This document shows positions 1 to 12,366 of a DNA stretch of 64,000 nucleotides, one piece after another. Position 1 is the stretch's first letter; every line of letters begins with the position of its first letter. A program made the position numbers and the translations under genes. The notes beneath the pieces are model-generated. The model saw nothing but the letters and a program-made list of their open reading frames with translations. It searched no databases and was not told the origin of the DNA. This DNA is from Tubiluchus corallicola (taxonomy: Eukaryota; Animalia; Priapulida), in contig JAQGDQ010000490.1 of NCBI GenBank assembly GCA_030141605.1, positions 94,591 through 158,590 of the forward strand, written 5' to 3'.

Positions 1-198
1 AAATTTATGGATTTTATAAAACTGGTAATATGCACAATCTTCATCATGATCAGGAGATTCTGTATTCTGAACTCGACGAAACGGAAAGTAGACTGATTTA
101 TTTTATCAAAATTTGGGATCAAGCGTTTCTGTGATAATAATACTTTTTCTAACTGACTGACTGACTGACTGACTAACTAACTAACTGACCGTGAGAAA

Positions 199-472
199 AT
201 TTTGCGATGAATTTCTGCAAAATTAGTCACAACTGTAACCAGTTTAACCATTTTCCACTGCCGATAGCGTAGAAGAGATTCACGTTCGGTTACAACTTCA
301 CGGTCAAGGCTTCAACTGACCACCGGCCAGTGATGTGCTGAATTTGTGATGAATTTCTGCAAAAGTAATCACAACTGTAACCAGTTTAACCATTTTCCAC
401 TGCCGATAGTGTAGGAAAGATTCAGTTTCGGTTACAACTTCCCGGTCAAGGCTTGAACAGACCACCGGTCAT
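199..472. repeat. Tandem duplication (~142 bp x2) immediately upstream of the Emx start codon
   Basis: gatgaatttctgcaaaa...gaccaccgg occurs at 206 and 348 (offset 142). Copy 1 ends ggccagtg; copy 2 ends ggtcATG. Confidence 0.9.
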
Positions 473-1068
473 GTCTGGTCAATATTCGCGGGAGAGAAAG
501 AGACACAAGCTGGGCTTCAGTATCGACGCTATAATGAAGCCAAAGACACCACCTCTTTCTGAGAGCAGTACCTCTTCGCCAGACCGCTGCGACGTCACTT
601 CAGGTCGCTATGACGTCACAGCTGGTCGACGTGACGTCACCCGTGAGGTAAACGAGCATCTTTCGCAGCGAGAAAAAGAAGTGAGCGCTTCAAGAACCGC
701 TTCTAGAGGAGCAGAAGATGTCAGACGTGTGCGCGGACACTTGGACGAGACGACGTCGCCAGCAGCGCCATCTTTTAGCAACAGTTCGAATTACATTGCC
801 GATACGTCCTTTAACACCTTATCGTATTCAGAACAGTACTTAGACCAACTATATCGCGTGAATTCCGCCCGTTTACCGGGATTGCCGGAACTTCCTGGCG
901 CCGGATATGGTTTGTATTCCACATCCGGTTTGCAAGAAGCAGCGGCGTTACACAGTCGGTTGGCACAGTATCCGTATTTGTTGCCGCACGTACAAAATCA
1001 TCAACACCTAAGTCACTTTACCTGGTTACTCTCACGGCAAGCAAGTAGCTGCTCGTCTCCCGTGTTTG
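471..1068 (+). CDS. Emx: Emx/empty spiracles homeobox gene, coding exon 1
   Basis: ATG at 471. Contains the eh1 motif FSIDAIM and the Emx-type FTWLLSR motif. Ends G|GTAAGT (phase 1), in frame with exon 2. Confidence 0.88.
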
Positions 1069-1566
1069 GTAAGTGCGCGATTCTAGTTGAACAGACAATG
1101 CTTTCTGAAAATATTGCTAGCCATTCATCTGTTCTTGTATTTATCCAGGCAGCACATAACATACATATATACATCCATATATATATATACATATATATAT
1201 ATACATCCCCATATATATATTATATGTATATATATATATTATTTAATATATATATATAAAATAACAAAAAAAGTTATACATATATACAAATATATATATA
1301 TATATATTATTTAATATATATATAAAATAACGAAAAAGTTATTTTATATGCACACACACACATATATATATATATGTGTACATATATGAGGTACATATAT
1401 ATATGTGTGTGTGTATGTGTGTGTATATATAAAATAACTTTTTTTGTTTTAAGCGAATTGACATACAAGTATTATTACTGATCGTAGTTTTTCTACTGTG
1501 TAACAAATTAGGCTACATTTTAGTTGAGAACAGATGTATACAACTGGTTATCAAGGACATAGTGAC

Positions 1567-2892
1567 ATAGATAGTTAGTTCAAAGACACAAGTAATTCAT
1601 TAGTTAACACTTAAAATTGAAATATACAAAGTCCACAGAGTACAGAAGCGATACCAAAAAAAATTATCAATGTACATCATCCTATTAGTTATACAAAAGT
1701 ATTATTATAATATATTCTTGTAATATAATATAGATAGTTAGTTCAAAAACACAAGTAATTCATTAGTTAACACTTAAAATTGAAATATACAAAGTCCACA
1801 GAGTACAGAAGCGATACCAAAAAAAATTATCAATGTACATCATCCTATTAGTTATACAAAAGTATTATTATAATATATTCTTGTAATATAATATAGATAG
1901 TTAGTTCAAAAACACAAGTAATTCATTAGTTAACACTTAAAATTGAAATATACAAAGCTCACAGAGTACAGAAGCGATACCAGAAACAATTATCAATGTA
2001 CATCATCCTATTAGTTATACAAAAGTATTATTATAATATATTCTTGTAATATAATATAGATAGTTAGTTCAAAAACACAAGTAATTCATTAGTTAACACT
2101 TAAAATTGAAATATACAAAGTCCACAGAGTACAGAAGCGATACCAAAAACAATTATCAATGTACATCATCCTATTAGTTATACAAAAGTATTATTATAAT
2201 ATATTCTTGTAATATAATATAGATAGTTAGTTCAAAAACACAAGTAATTCATTAGTTAACACTTAAAATTGAAATATACAAAGCTCACAGAGTACAGAAG
2301 CGATACCAAAAACAATTATCAATGTACATTATCCTATTAGTTATACGAAAGCACTTTATAATATATTCTTGTAATATAATATAGATAGATAGTTCAAAAA
2401 CACATGTAACATTAGTTAACACTTAAAATTGAAATATACAAAGCCCACAGAGTACAGAAGCGATACCAGAAACAATTGTCAATGTACCTCATCCTATTAG
2501 TTATAAAAAAGTAAGATTATTATATATTCTTGTAATATAATATAGATAGTTAGTTCAAAAACACAAGTAATTCATTAGTTAACACATAAAATTGAAATAT
2601 ACAAAGCCCACGGAGTACAGAAGCGATACCAGAAACAATTATCAATGTACATCATCCTATTAGTTATACAAAAGTATTATTATAATATATTCTTGTAATA
2701 TAATATAGATAGTTAGTTCAAAAGCACAAGTAATTCATTAGTTAACACTTAAAATTGAAATATACTAAGCTGAAAACACAAGTAATTCATTAGTTAACAC
2801 TTAAAATTGTAATATACAAAGCCCAGAGAGTACAGAAGCGATACCAGAAACAATTATCAATGCACATCATCCTATTAGTTATACAAAAGTAT
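1567..2892. repeat. Minisatellite, ~163-bp unit, ~8 copies (Emx intron 1)
   Basis: atagatagttagttcaaa recurs at 1567, 1730, 1893, 2056, 2219 and onward. Confidence 0.95.
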
Positions 2893-4188
2893 GATAAGCT
2901 CAATAACTGGTGTTTAATTCTAATGTCCAAAATTCAAAATAATTCAGATTATAATTGAATATACAATTGCACGTACAATCAGTTAGCAAAACGTCTAGTA
3001 GAATTTATCTAACATTGTCACTATATGGTCACAATCCTGTCCAGAATCTTGACAAAAATATGTTCAGAAAATGTTTTCACCATGTTGGTACAATGTAGTA
3101 AATTTTTGGTACAACATTGAACCAATATTGTCGTTCAATGTGAAAACATATGGTTTAAACTTATTGTTAAACATATTGCTTCAACATTGTGACAAGTCCT
3201 CACATCGATATGGTGTCCATAATTGCAAAAATATTGCGACAACATTGGTGCAACATTGCCGTGTTGCCTGGTTCCTTGCTGTCATTCGTGACACCCAGAT
3301 GTGAGCAATAGGACGGTAGTCAATCTGACTGCATATAAAACTGACTGTCCCAATTTTACTCATTGATAATGTATAAAAATATATACATATTTTTGTGCAT
3401 AGCAAATAGTAATTAAATAAATAACTAAAATTTTGTCTAATATGAAGTAGAGACATCAATTTTACTCTTGTACAATATGTACAAATATATATATATATAT
3501 TCTTGTGCTTAGAAAATAATAAATAGATAAATAAATATGTAAAATTTTGTCTAATATGAAGTAGAGACATCAATTTCACTTTTGTATAATATATAAAAAT
3601 ATATACATATTCTTGTGCTTAGCAAATAATAAATAGGTAAATAAATAAATAAGTTACGTTTTGTTATGTTATGTTACATTATATTACGTTACGTAACGTT
3701 TTGTTATGTTATGTTTAAGTTATGTTACGTTATGTTATGTTATATTAGGTTATGTTAAATTACATTAAATTACATTACATTGCATTATATCATGTTATAT
3801 TATATCATTTCGTTGTCTATTCAAAACGATTTCGAAACTGTGTTGGGGGCGCTGTAATTTGCTTTTGAGAGAAAAAACACTGAACCTTAAAGTCATGATT
3901 TTGAAAATTTTGAAAATTAAAAACTTTTAAATTCGTAAAATAAAATTCTATCAACTGGGCAGCACCATTACTTGCATGAGAGGATAGAATTTAGACAAAT
4001 TCCTAGTAATTTACGTAATTTAGGCCAACAGCATTAATTTCCTTATTTAATTAAAATTTTTGATTTAAATTTTAATTAAAGAAAAACCAGAATAATTTGA
4101 TGAAGAAAATTTAGAAAATAAAATTTTATTAATTCGGAGCTTTATTTCTTCGAAAAGTTCGAATTAGAGAGAAAAAGATAAATAATTT

Positions 4189-4509
4189 ATAGTTAAAAAC
4201 ACTAGAACTTTATTAGAACTTTTAATTCACATAGTTAAAAAATCATGACAGCAGCAGCTATGTTGACATGATTTTTTTAACTATGTAAATTAAAAGTTTT
4301 AATAAAGTTGTGAAATTTACCACTGATGATGACAGCAGTAGCTCTGTCGAAACGTTTGACATGTTTTTTTAACTATGAAAATTCAAAGTTTTAATAAAGT
4401 TGTGAAATTTACCACTGATGATGACAACAGTAGCTCAGTCGAAGCGTTTCACATGATTTTTAACTATGTAAATTAAAAGTTTTAATACAATTGTGGTGTT
4501 TTAACTATG
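4189..4509 (+). mobile_element. Penelope-like terminal-repeat remnant: 92-bp tandem units with hammerhead-like cores plus an inverted partial copy
   Basis: ctgatga-t-gacag..ctgtc-gaaacgtt at 4323; second unit at 4415 (gaag variant). 4189-4247 is an inverted copy of the unit tail. Confidence 0.65.
4312..4370 (+). ncRNA. Candidate minimal type I hammerhead ribozyme
   Basis: CUGAUGA(U), stem II GACAG/CUGUC, GAAA, then a palindromic (A)ACGU(U) stem III remnant and UH, matching the Penelope-associated minimal form. Stem I is weak. Confidence 0.5.
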
Positions 4510-4679
4510 AGAGTTTTTAAGTGCTTGTAATAAAAAAATAAATAATTTGGCCCAAGAATGATTCGCCATTTTGTCAGAACCGCACGACTTTATCATTAAG
4601 CAGTTTAGGCTTAGAAAGATCGTTAGTTGTTAAGCTTCTTCGCAAAATAACGTAATTTGCTAATACTAATTACCACTAA

Positions 4680-5160
4680 TCTCCTTACTTCTGTTAATTA
4701 CACCTTTCTTTTCTATCTCTTGCGCAATGTAAACTAATATATTCTTCCTCAAAATCTCTTTCCACCTCTTGTACACCTGAGATAGCAAAATTTATCAGAG
4801 TATTCCACCCACTTCTATCTGCAGTTAACGGCGTAAGTTCTTCTACTCCTAAAGATAGATTTGGTTGAAGTTTTTGAACATCTTTGTTATTTATCTTAGC
4901 TATCCGAGTTGTTTTACGTTTACAAGGTGTTTTTTTGCAAAGTTTTAAGGCTTCCTTTAAGGCGATTCTTACAGGTGCTTCATTGGTAATCTTGGAAGAT
5001 GTCCTAGTCATCTTAATCTTTGGATCTTGACTTTTGAACTCCAATAAATTTCTTTTGTTCTAGTGTATAAATCTTCATTTTTGATTATGTATGGCCATCT
5101 TATCTTTAAAACTTTCCTAAAAAGACTTGTAAGAAATGTGTCAATCTGCTTTTCCTGAAT
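4680..5160 (-). mobile_element. Degenerate 3' fragment of a non-LTR retrotransposon (RTE-like ORF2 C-terminus)
   Basis: Minus-strand translation gives KIRWPYIIKNEDLY...QRLR*LGHLPRL...ADRSGW, typical post-RT LINE motifs, with stops and frameshifts. Confidence 0.75.
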
Positions 5161-5843
5161 AATCGTATACAGTAAACTAATGCATACAGTATATAGTTAT
5201 CTGCTTTGCTAATAGGCACCATCCCAGAATGCACCAAAAGCCATTATCGTTCACTTGTTTTTTCTGAAACTTTTCTTTGAAGGTTTCATTGAGTTTAAAC
5301 GTTACAGCTTTCTAACTTGAAAAAGCTTGTTGGCTTATTTTTGAGCACATATATATTTGAACATAGGCACATATAAGTATTTTTTTATGTTGTGTTAAAA
5401 GCTTTTTCAACTTCGTATGCAAATAGAAGCATTGAATAAACCACAGTTTAGAATTTCTTTGCTGCTGCAAAACATGTTATTTCCCTGTTTTTCTTTTTCC
5501 TTTTCGTTCTTCTGTTTTCTTTTCCTAAATTTTTTACGTTTTTCCTTTACTACTTGATTTCTTCATATTTCTCTTATTTTTCTTTTCTTCTTTCATCTTG
5601 CCTACTTGTTCTCTTTCTTTCCTTTTTCTTTTCTCCTTCACTTTCTCTTTTCTTCTCTCGTTTGCCTTTTATCTTTTACCTTTACCTTTACCGTTTACGT
5701 TTACCTTTTACCACTTTTTCAACCTTTATTTATTTATTTATCTATCTATTTATTTATTTGTTTGTTTATTTGTCTGTTTGTTTATTTGTTTGTTTGTTTG
5801 TTTAATGCTACAAAAGGTTTAAAAGTTTTTCGAAGCTTACACG

Positions 5844-6429
5844 TAAAGCAAAACCGGACCCAATCTTAAACTGCAGGTCAAAATAATCCACTCTTTAAAA
5901 TATTTAAAGGAAACATGCTATTTTTTCAAAAATGATTTACATGAAAGAATTATTACCACACAAACACAATTTCGCCATTCGCTAGTTAGACGGGCACTAG
6001 CGTCTGCATTTCGGAAACGCATTGCACAAAAAAAACAGGTGCTGTGCCTTTCAGTTAAGATGTGTTCGTTTGTGACGAACTACACACGTTCGACAGCTCA
6101 TGCGTGAGCACAGCAGTAAATTTGAAATTTGAATTTTTATCTTAAAACAGGCCTAGTTTTGGTACAACGCACTGAATACGTCACAGTAGCACTGTGCTTC
6201 AATTTTTGCTTTCGCAAATACGTCCAAACCGCACGTGGAAAATTTTTGCTGTTGAAAATCATGTTTGTTTGTGACGTCATCAACAATTGGGCTCGACCGC
6301 TGTTAATTAAGTTTTTAATCAATTATTTAATTACCAGAAACACTTTTGCAGTATTAATTGTGTTAAAATGTATTGTTTTTACGGTACTTAAAATGGGGTA
6401 TATAAAAAAATCATCCTGTCTCCCTTTAA
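5844..6429 (+). mobile_element. Non-autonomous DNA transposon family A (TTAA-associated, possibly Kolobok-like), copy 1
   Basis: Homologous to 9564-10163, 12826-13240, 21330-21824 and 32769-33385. Ends (t)aaag...ctttaa. Confidence 0.75.
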
Positions 6430-6579
6430 TTTTTATACCGCGTGGGTGGAACATCAGACTTCTCATGAACTCTCCCATGAATTAATTATTTTCAAACATC
6501 AGAAGCCAATCAAGTATGAAAAAGATTATGAAAAAGGGCAAAAGAACGAAATGTTTACGTTAAAATGTTTTTCTTTCAG

Positions 6580-6746
6580 ATAACACGACTCTGCTGTTCT
6601 CTGGCTGCAGGAAATCTAAGAGAGTCAGAACAGCTTTTAGTCCATCCCAGCTTCTCAAACTAGAAAATGCCTTCGAGAAGAATCATTACGTTGTTGGTAG
6701 TGAGAGGAAAGAGTTAGCAAAGAATCTCAGTCTTACTGAAACACAG
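6580..6746 (+). CDS. Emx: Emx coding exon 2 (homeodomain helices 1-2)
   Basis: ttctttcag acceptor. Encodes [46 protein letters not shown], an Emx-class signature. CAG|GTATGA donor. Confidence 0.97.
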
Positions 6747-8476
6747 GTATGAGCCTTACTGAAACACAGGTATGAGTCTTACTGAAACACGGGTATGAGT
6801 CTTAGTGAAACACAGGTATGAGTCTTACTGAAACACAGGTATAAGTCTTAGTGAAACACGGGTATGAGTCTTACTGAAACACAGGTATGAGTCTTAGTGA
6901 AACACGGGTATGAGTCTTACTGAAACACAGGTATGAGTCTCACTGAAACACAGGTATGAGTCTTACTGAAACACAGGTATGAGTCTTACTGAAACACAGG
7001 TATGACTCTTACTGAAACACGGGAATGAGTCTTACTGAAACACGGGTATGAGTCTTACTGAAACACGGGTATGAGTCTTACTGAAACACAGGTATGAGTC
7101 TTACTGAAACACGGGTATGAGTCTTAGTGAAACACGGGTATGAGTCTTACTGAAATACAGGTATGAGTCTTACTGAAATACAGGTATGAGTCTTACTGAA
7201 ATACAGGTATGAGTCTTACTGAAACACGGGTATGAGTCTTACTGAAACACAGGTGTGACTCTTACTGAAATTCAGGTATGAGTTTTACTGAAACACAGGT
7301 ATGAGTCTTACTGAAACACGGGTATGAGTCTTACTGAAACACAGGTATGAGTCTTAGTGAAACACGGGTATGAGTCTTACTGAAACACAGGTATGAGTCT
7401 TACTGAAACACAGGTATGAGTCTTACTGAAACACAGGTATGAGTCTTACTGAAACACGGGTATGAGTCTTACTGAAACACAGGTGTGAGTCTTACTGAAA
7501 CACAGGTATGAGTCTTACTGAAACACAGGTATGAGTCCTACTGAAACACAGGTATGAGTCCTACTGAAACACGGGTATGAGTCTTACTGAAACACAGGTA
7601 TGAGTCTTACTGAAACACGGGTATGAGTCCTACTGAAACATGGGTATGAGTCTTACTGAAACACGGGTATGAGTCTTACTGAAACACGGGTATGAGTCTT
7701 ACTGAAACACAGGTATGAGTCTTACTGAAACACAGGTATGAGTCTTACTGAAACACGGGTATGAGTCTTACTGAAATACAGGTATGAGTCTTACTGAAAT
7801 ACAGGTATGAGTCTTACTGAAATACAGGTATGAGTCTTACTGAAACACGGGTATGAGTCTTACTGAAACACAGGTGTGACTCTTACTGAAATTCAGGTAT
7901 GAGTTTTACTGAAACACAGGTATGAGTCTTACTGAAACACGGGTATGAGTCTCACTGAAACACAGGTATAAGTCTTAGTGAAACACGGGTATGAGTCTTA
8001 CTGAAACACAGGTATGAGTCTTACTGAAACACAGGTATGAGTCTTACTGAAACACAGGTATGAGTCCTACTGAAACACGGGTATGAGTCCTACTGAAACA
8101 CAGGTGTGAGTCTTACTGAAACACAGGTATGAGTCTTACTGAAACACAGGTATGAGTCCTACTGAAACACAGGTATGAGTCCTACTGAAACACGGGTATG
8201 AGTCTTACTGAAACACAGGTATGAGTCTTACTGAAACACGGGTATGAGTCCTACTGAAACATGGGTATGAGTCTTACTGAAACACGGGTATGAGTCTTAC
8301 TGAAACACGGGTATGAGTCTTACTGAAACACAGGTATGAGTCTTACTGAAACACAGGTATGAGTCTTACTGAAACACGGGTATGAGTCTTACTGAAACAC
8401 AGGTATGAGTCTTACTGAAACACGGGTATGAGTTTTACTGAAACACAGGTATGAGTCTTAGTGAAACACGGGTATG
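6729..8476 (+). repeat. 23-bp minisatellite x76 derived from the Emx exon 2/intron 2 junction
   Basis: Unit agtcttactgaaacacag|gtatg. Span 1748 bp = 76 x 23. The first unit is the real exon end plus donor. Confidence 0.97.
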
Positions 8477-8635
8477 ATAGAGTTAAGTTAGATACATTTT
8501 AGATGAAAGGGTTTTGAATTGGAATTGATCTGTTTAATAATATTTGTTAGTTTGTGTGTTTGTTTGTTCAAAGTATTTATTTATTTAATTACTTTATTAT
8601 ATTTTTTAATTTTTCTTTTGTACCTCAACTTAAGT

Positions 8636-9315
8636 TATTCATTCATTCGTTCATTCATTCATTCATTCATTCATTCATTCATTCATTCATTCATTCATTC
8701 ATTCATTCATTCATTCATTCATTCATTCATTCGTTCATTCATTCATCATTCGTTTGTTTGCTCGTTCATTCATTCATTCATTCGTTCATTCATTCATTCA
8801 TTCATCATTCGTTTGTTTGCTCGTTCATTCATTCATTCGTTTGTTCCTTCGTTCGTTCATTCATTCATTCATTCATTCATCTATTCGTTCATTCATTCAT
8901 TCATTCATTTACTCATTTATTCGTTCGTTCATTCATTCATTCGTTTATTCATTTATTTATTCATTCATTCAAGCAATCATTCACTTGTTCACTTATTTAT
9001 GCATTCCTTTATTCAATTATTCATTCATTTAATCATTCACTTATTCGTTCAACCATTCGTTTCCTCGTTCATTCGTTCGTTTATTTATTGATACATTCGT
9101 TCACTCATTCGTTCATTCATACGTACATCCATTTATCGTATCATTCATTCATTCATTCATTTATTCATTCATTCATTCATACATTCACTCACTCACCCAT
9201 TTTTTCTATCATTCGTTCCCTCATTCATTCATTTGTTTATTCACTTATTCACTTTTGTGAATAATGTCATTCAATCATTCATTCATTCATTCATTCATTC
9301 ATTCATTCATTCAAC
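8636..9315. repeat. (ATTC)n degenerate microsatellite
   Basis: Direct reading. Confidence 0.95.
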
Positions 9316-9563
9316 TATCACTCATCCGTTTACCCTTCTGTCTTATTCCTGATTTACTTATACCTACAAAACATACCTGCTTGTTTGTTTATTTATTTAT
9401 TTATCGTTCTCTTATTTATTTATTTATGTTTTTATTTAGGCATACAAATAATTGAATTTGCGTTCAAAACAAAAATTTTCCAGTAAAATATCTCTGGTTC
9501 AGAACGTAGTAAAATGGAAAATGGCACGTATTAAAAATATTAAAATCTAACGGGCAATTTCTG

Positions 9564-10163
9564 TTAAAAGTAAGACAGGATGATTTTTCATCTACTGCCA
9601 TTTTCAAGGCCAATAAAACGTACACATTTTAACACAATTAATACTGCAAAAGTGTTTCTGATAAATTAATAATGGATTAAAAACTTAATTAACGGCAGGC
9701 GAGCTCAACTATTAATGACATCACAAATTAACATAATTTTTAACAGCAAAAATATTCCAACAAGCTTGTTGCTCGTGTTTGTGAAAGCGAAAATTGAAGT
9801 ACAGTGCTACTGTAAGATATTCAGTGTGTTGTACTAAAACTAGGCGTTTTAAGATAAAAATTCAAATTTCACGCCGTGGTCACGCATGACTTGTCGAACG
9901 TGTGCAGTTTGTCACAAACTAACACATCTGAACTGAAAGGTACAGCAGCTGTTTTTTGTGCAATGCTTTTCCGAAAAAAACTAGTGAATGGCGAAATGCA
10001 TGTAACAACGAAGAACTAATGGCGTGAACGCGAAATTTTGTTGGTCTGATAATAACTCTTTCATGTAAATCATTTTCGAAAAAAATAGCATGTTTCCTTT
10101 CAATATTTTAAGGAGTAGATTGCTTTGAACTGCAGTTTAAGATTGGTTCCGGTTTTGATTTAA
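9564..10163 (-). mobile_element. Family A DNA transposon, copy 2 (inverted relative to copy 1)
   Basis: Diverged reverse complement of 5844-6429. TTAA at both ends. Confidence 0.75.
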
Positions 10164-11171
10164 GTATAAACAACAAGCATTATTGTAAATGCCGATTTCG
10201 AAAAACTTTTAAGCCTATTGTAATATTTAGCAAACAGACAAACAAACAAATAAATATATATATATACAAATAAATAAATAAAGGTTGAAAAAGTGGTAAA
10301 AGGTAAGGGCAAAAGCTAAAAGGTAAAAGATAAAAGGCAAAGGTAAACGGTAAAAGTAAAGGTAAAAGATAAAAGGCAAAGGAAAGAAGAAAAGAGAAAG
10401 TGAAGGAGAAAAGAAAAGGGAAAGAAAGAGAACAAGTAGACAAGCTGAAAGAAGAAAAGAAAAATAAGAGAAATATGAAGAAATCAAGAAGAAAAGAAAA
10501 ACGTATAAAAATTTAGGAAGAGAAAAATAGAAGAATTAAACAAACAAAAATGTAGGTAAAAGAAGAAGAGAAAATTATTGTAAATGTGATAAATGTTGTA
10601 AATGTTGTAAATATTATAAATGTTCAGGCATTCGCTATAAAACAAATCTGCCTTCAATACGATGACTTTCTGGTTAAAAATATCGTTGCTTTAGAATGTA
10701 GAACAAATGAAAAATGGCGCGTCTTAAACAAACACGTAATGGCTATTTCTGTTTAAATGATTTGCTTTCTACTTTTTGTGTAACGATTTCACACACTAAT
10801 AAGATCACATTGACCTTGAGAATAGAGCCTATGCACAACTAATTCTGTAAATGACAGTCATTTTGTCCAAAAAAACTTGGTAAGACATTAAACTCGAGGC
10901 AATTCTTGTCCCTTTTGCGTCATTGGCTAAGTATGACTGTAGATGCAGTGGTGCAGAACATTTACTTTAGCTGCCTTTAATTAAATCAATCAGTGATTAA
11001 TCGATCAGTTCAGCACTCTGTATGTGGTTGTTGGGGAAGCTAAGATTCATTTTTACACCCTGAAAATTGTTATCCAAAGAATCACAAAAAGTGAGTTTGC
11101 AAATTCGTAACTGGAAACTACAAAATCAGTAACTGGCAAAGTGAAAAATCTTTAGGCCTACTCGTTCTGTA

Positions 11172-11196
11172 AGAGAGGAGAGAGAGAGAGAGCGAG

Positions 11197-11227
<31 letters not shown>

Positions 11228-11258
11228 GAGAGCGAGAGAGAGAGTGAGAGAGGGAGAG

Positions 11259-11321
<63 letters not shown>

Positions 11322-11519
11322 GAGAGAGAGGAGAGAGAGAGAGAGAGGGGGAGAGAGAGCGAGAGAGAGAGAGAAAGATAGAGAAAGAGAGAGAGAGAGA
11401 GGAGAGAGAGAGAGGAGAGAGAGAGAGAGAGCGAGAGAGAGAGAAGAGAGAGAGGGAGAGAGATAGAGGAGAGAGAGGGGGGAGAGAGAGAGAGCGAGAG
11501 AGAGAGAGAGAGAGAGAGG

Positions 11520-11554
<35 letters not shown>

Positions 11555-11599
11555 AGAGAGAGATAGAGGAGAGAGAGAGGGGGAGAGAGAGAGAAAGAC

Positions 11600-11637
<38 letters not shown>

Positions 11638-11729
11638 GGAGAGAGAGAGGAGAGAGAGGAGAGAGAGGAGAGAGAGAGGGGAGAGAGAGAGAAGAGAGAG
11701 AGGGAGAGAGATAGAGGAGAGAGAGAGGG

Positions 11730-11763
<34 letters not shown>
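11172..11763. repeat. (AG)n-rich microsatellite
   Basis: Direct reading. Similar tracts at 12263-12630, 17577-17802, 22681-22889, 31327-31585, 42685-42802 and 52233-52509. Confidence 0.95.
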
Positions 11764-12264
11764 TCAGAAGTAGTTAATCGGTGCCGGTTAAAGCAGTTAG
11801 AGCTGTAATAGTCGACAAAATGGCAGCCTAATAGCTGATAATAGCAGCAAATCATCAGGTATTTAATTGTATAATTTCACCTGAAGTTTCCTCGGCCAGC
11901 TTTTTCACAAAGGTGCGCTGGGCGGGGCCTTTGTCCAACCACGCGTCTAAAATCTCCTGTGCAAACCTGGAAAATTATCCCTGATTGTTCTGACAGGTTT
12001 CAAATGCTTGTTTTTCTATTTGTTTACTAATTACCTGATTGGTTTATTCAGCTAATAGCGATCAATAATGATGACGCCTTTACCTTTGACCTGACAATCG
12101 TTGAACAGTTTATAATGACACAATGAAATAAAATAATTGAACAGGAAGGCAACAACATTGGCAGTTATGCAATCAGATAATTGAAAATGTTTTTCTTGTT
12201 TACATGACATATTTACTATTTTCATGATTGTTGTTAAAGAGTAATTTTATACTGATTCTGTAAG

Positions 12265-12366
<102 letters not shown>

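Noticed and set aside
453-1259. 268-aa single-exon ORF starting at TTG 453
   Set aside because: The likely start is ATG 471 and the exon ends at the GTAAGT donor at 1069; the rest is intronic TA repeat.
6729-8476. CRISPR-like array
   Set aside because: Contiguous units with no unique spacers, no cas genes, and a eukaryotic intron context.
8519-9455. ORFs of 190 and 236 aa (FIHS repeats)
   Set aside because: Translations of an (ATTC)n microsatellite.
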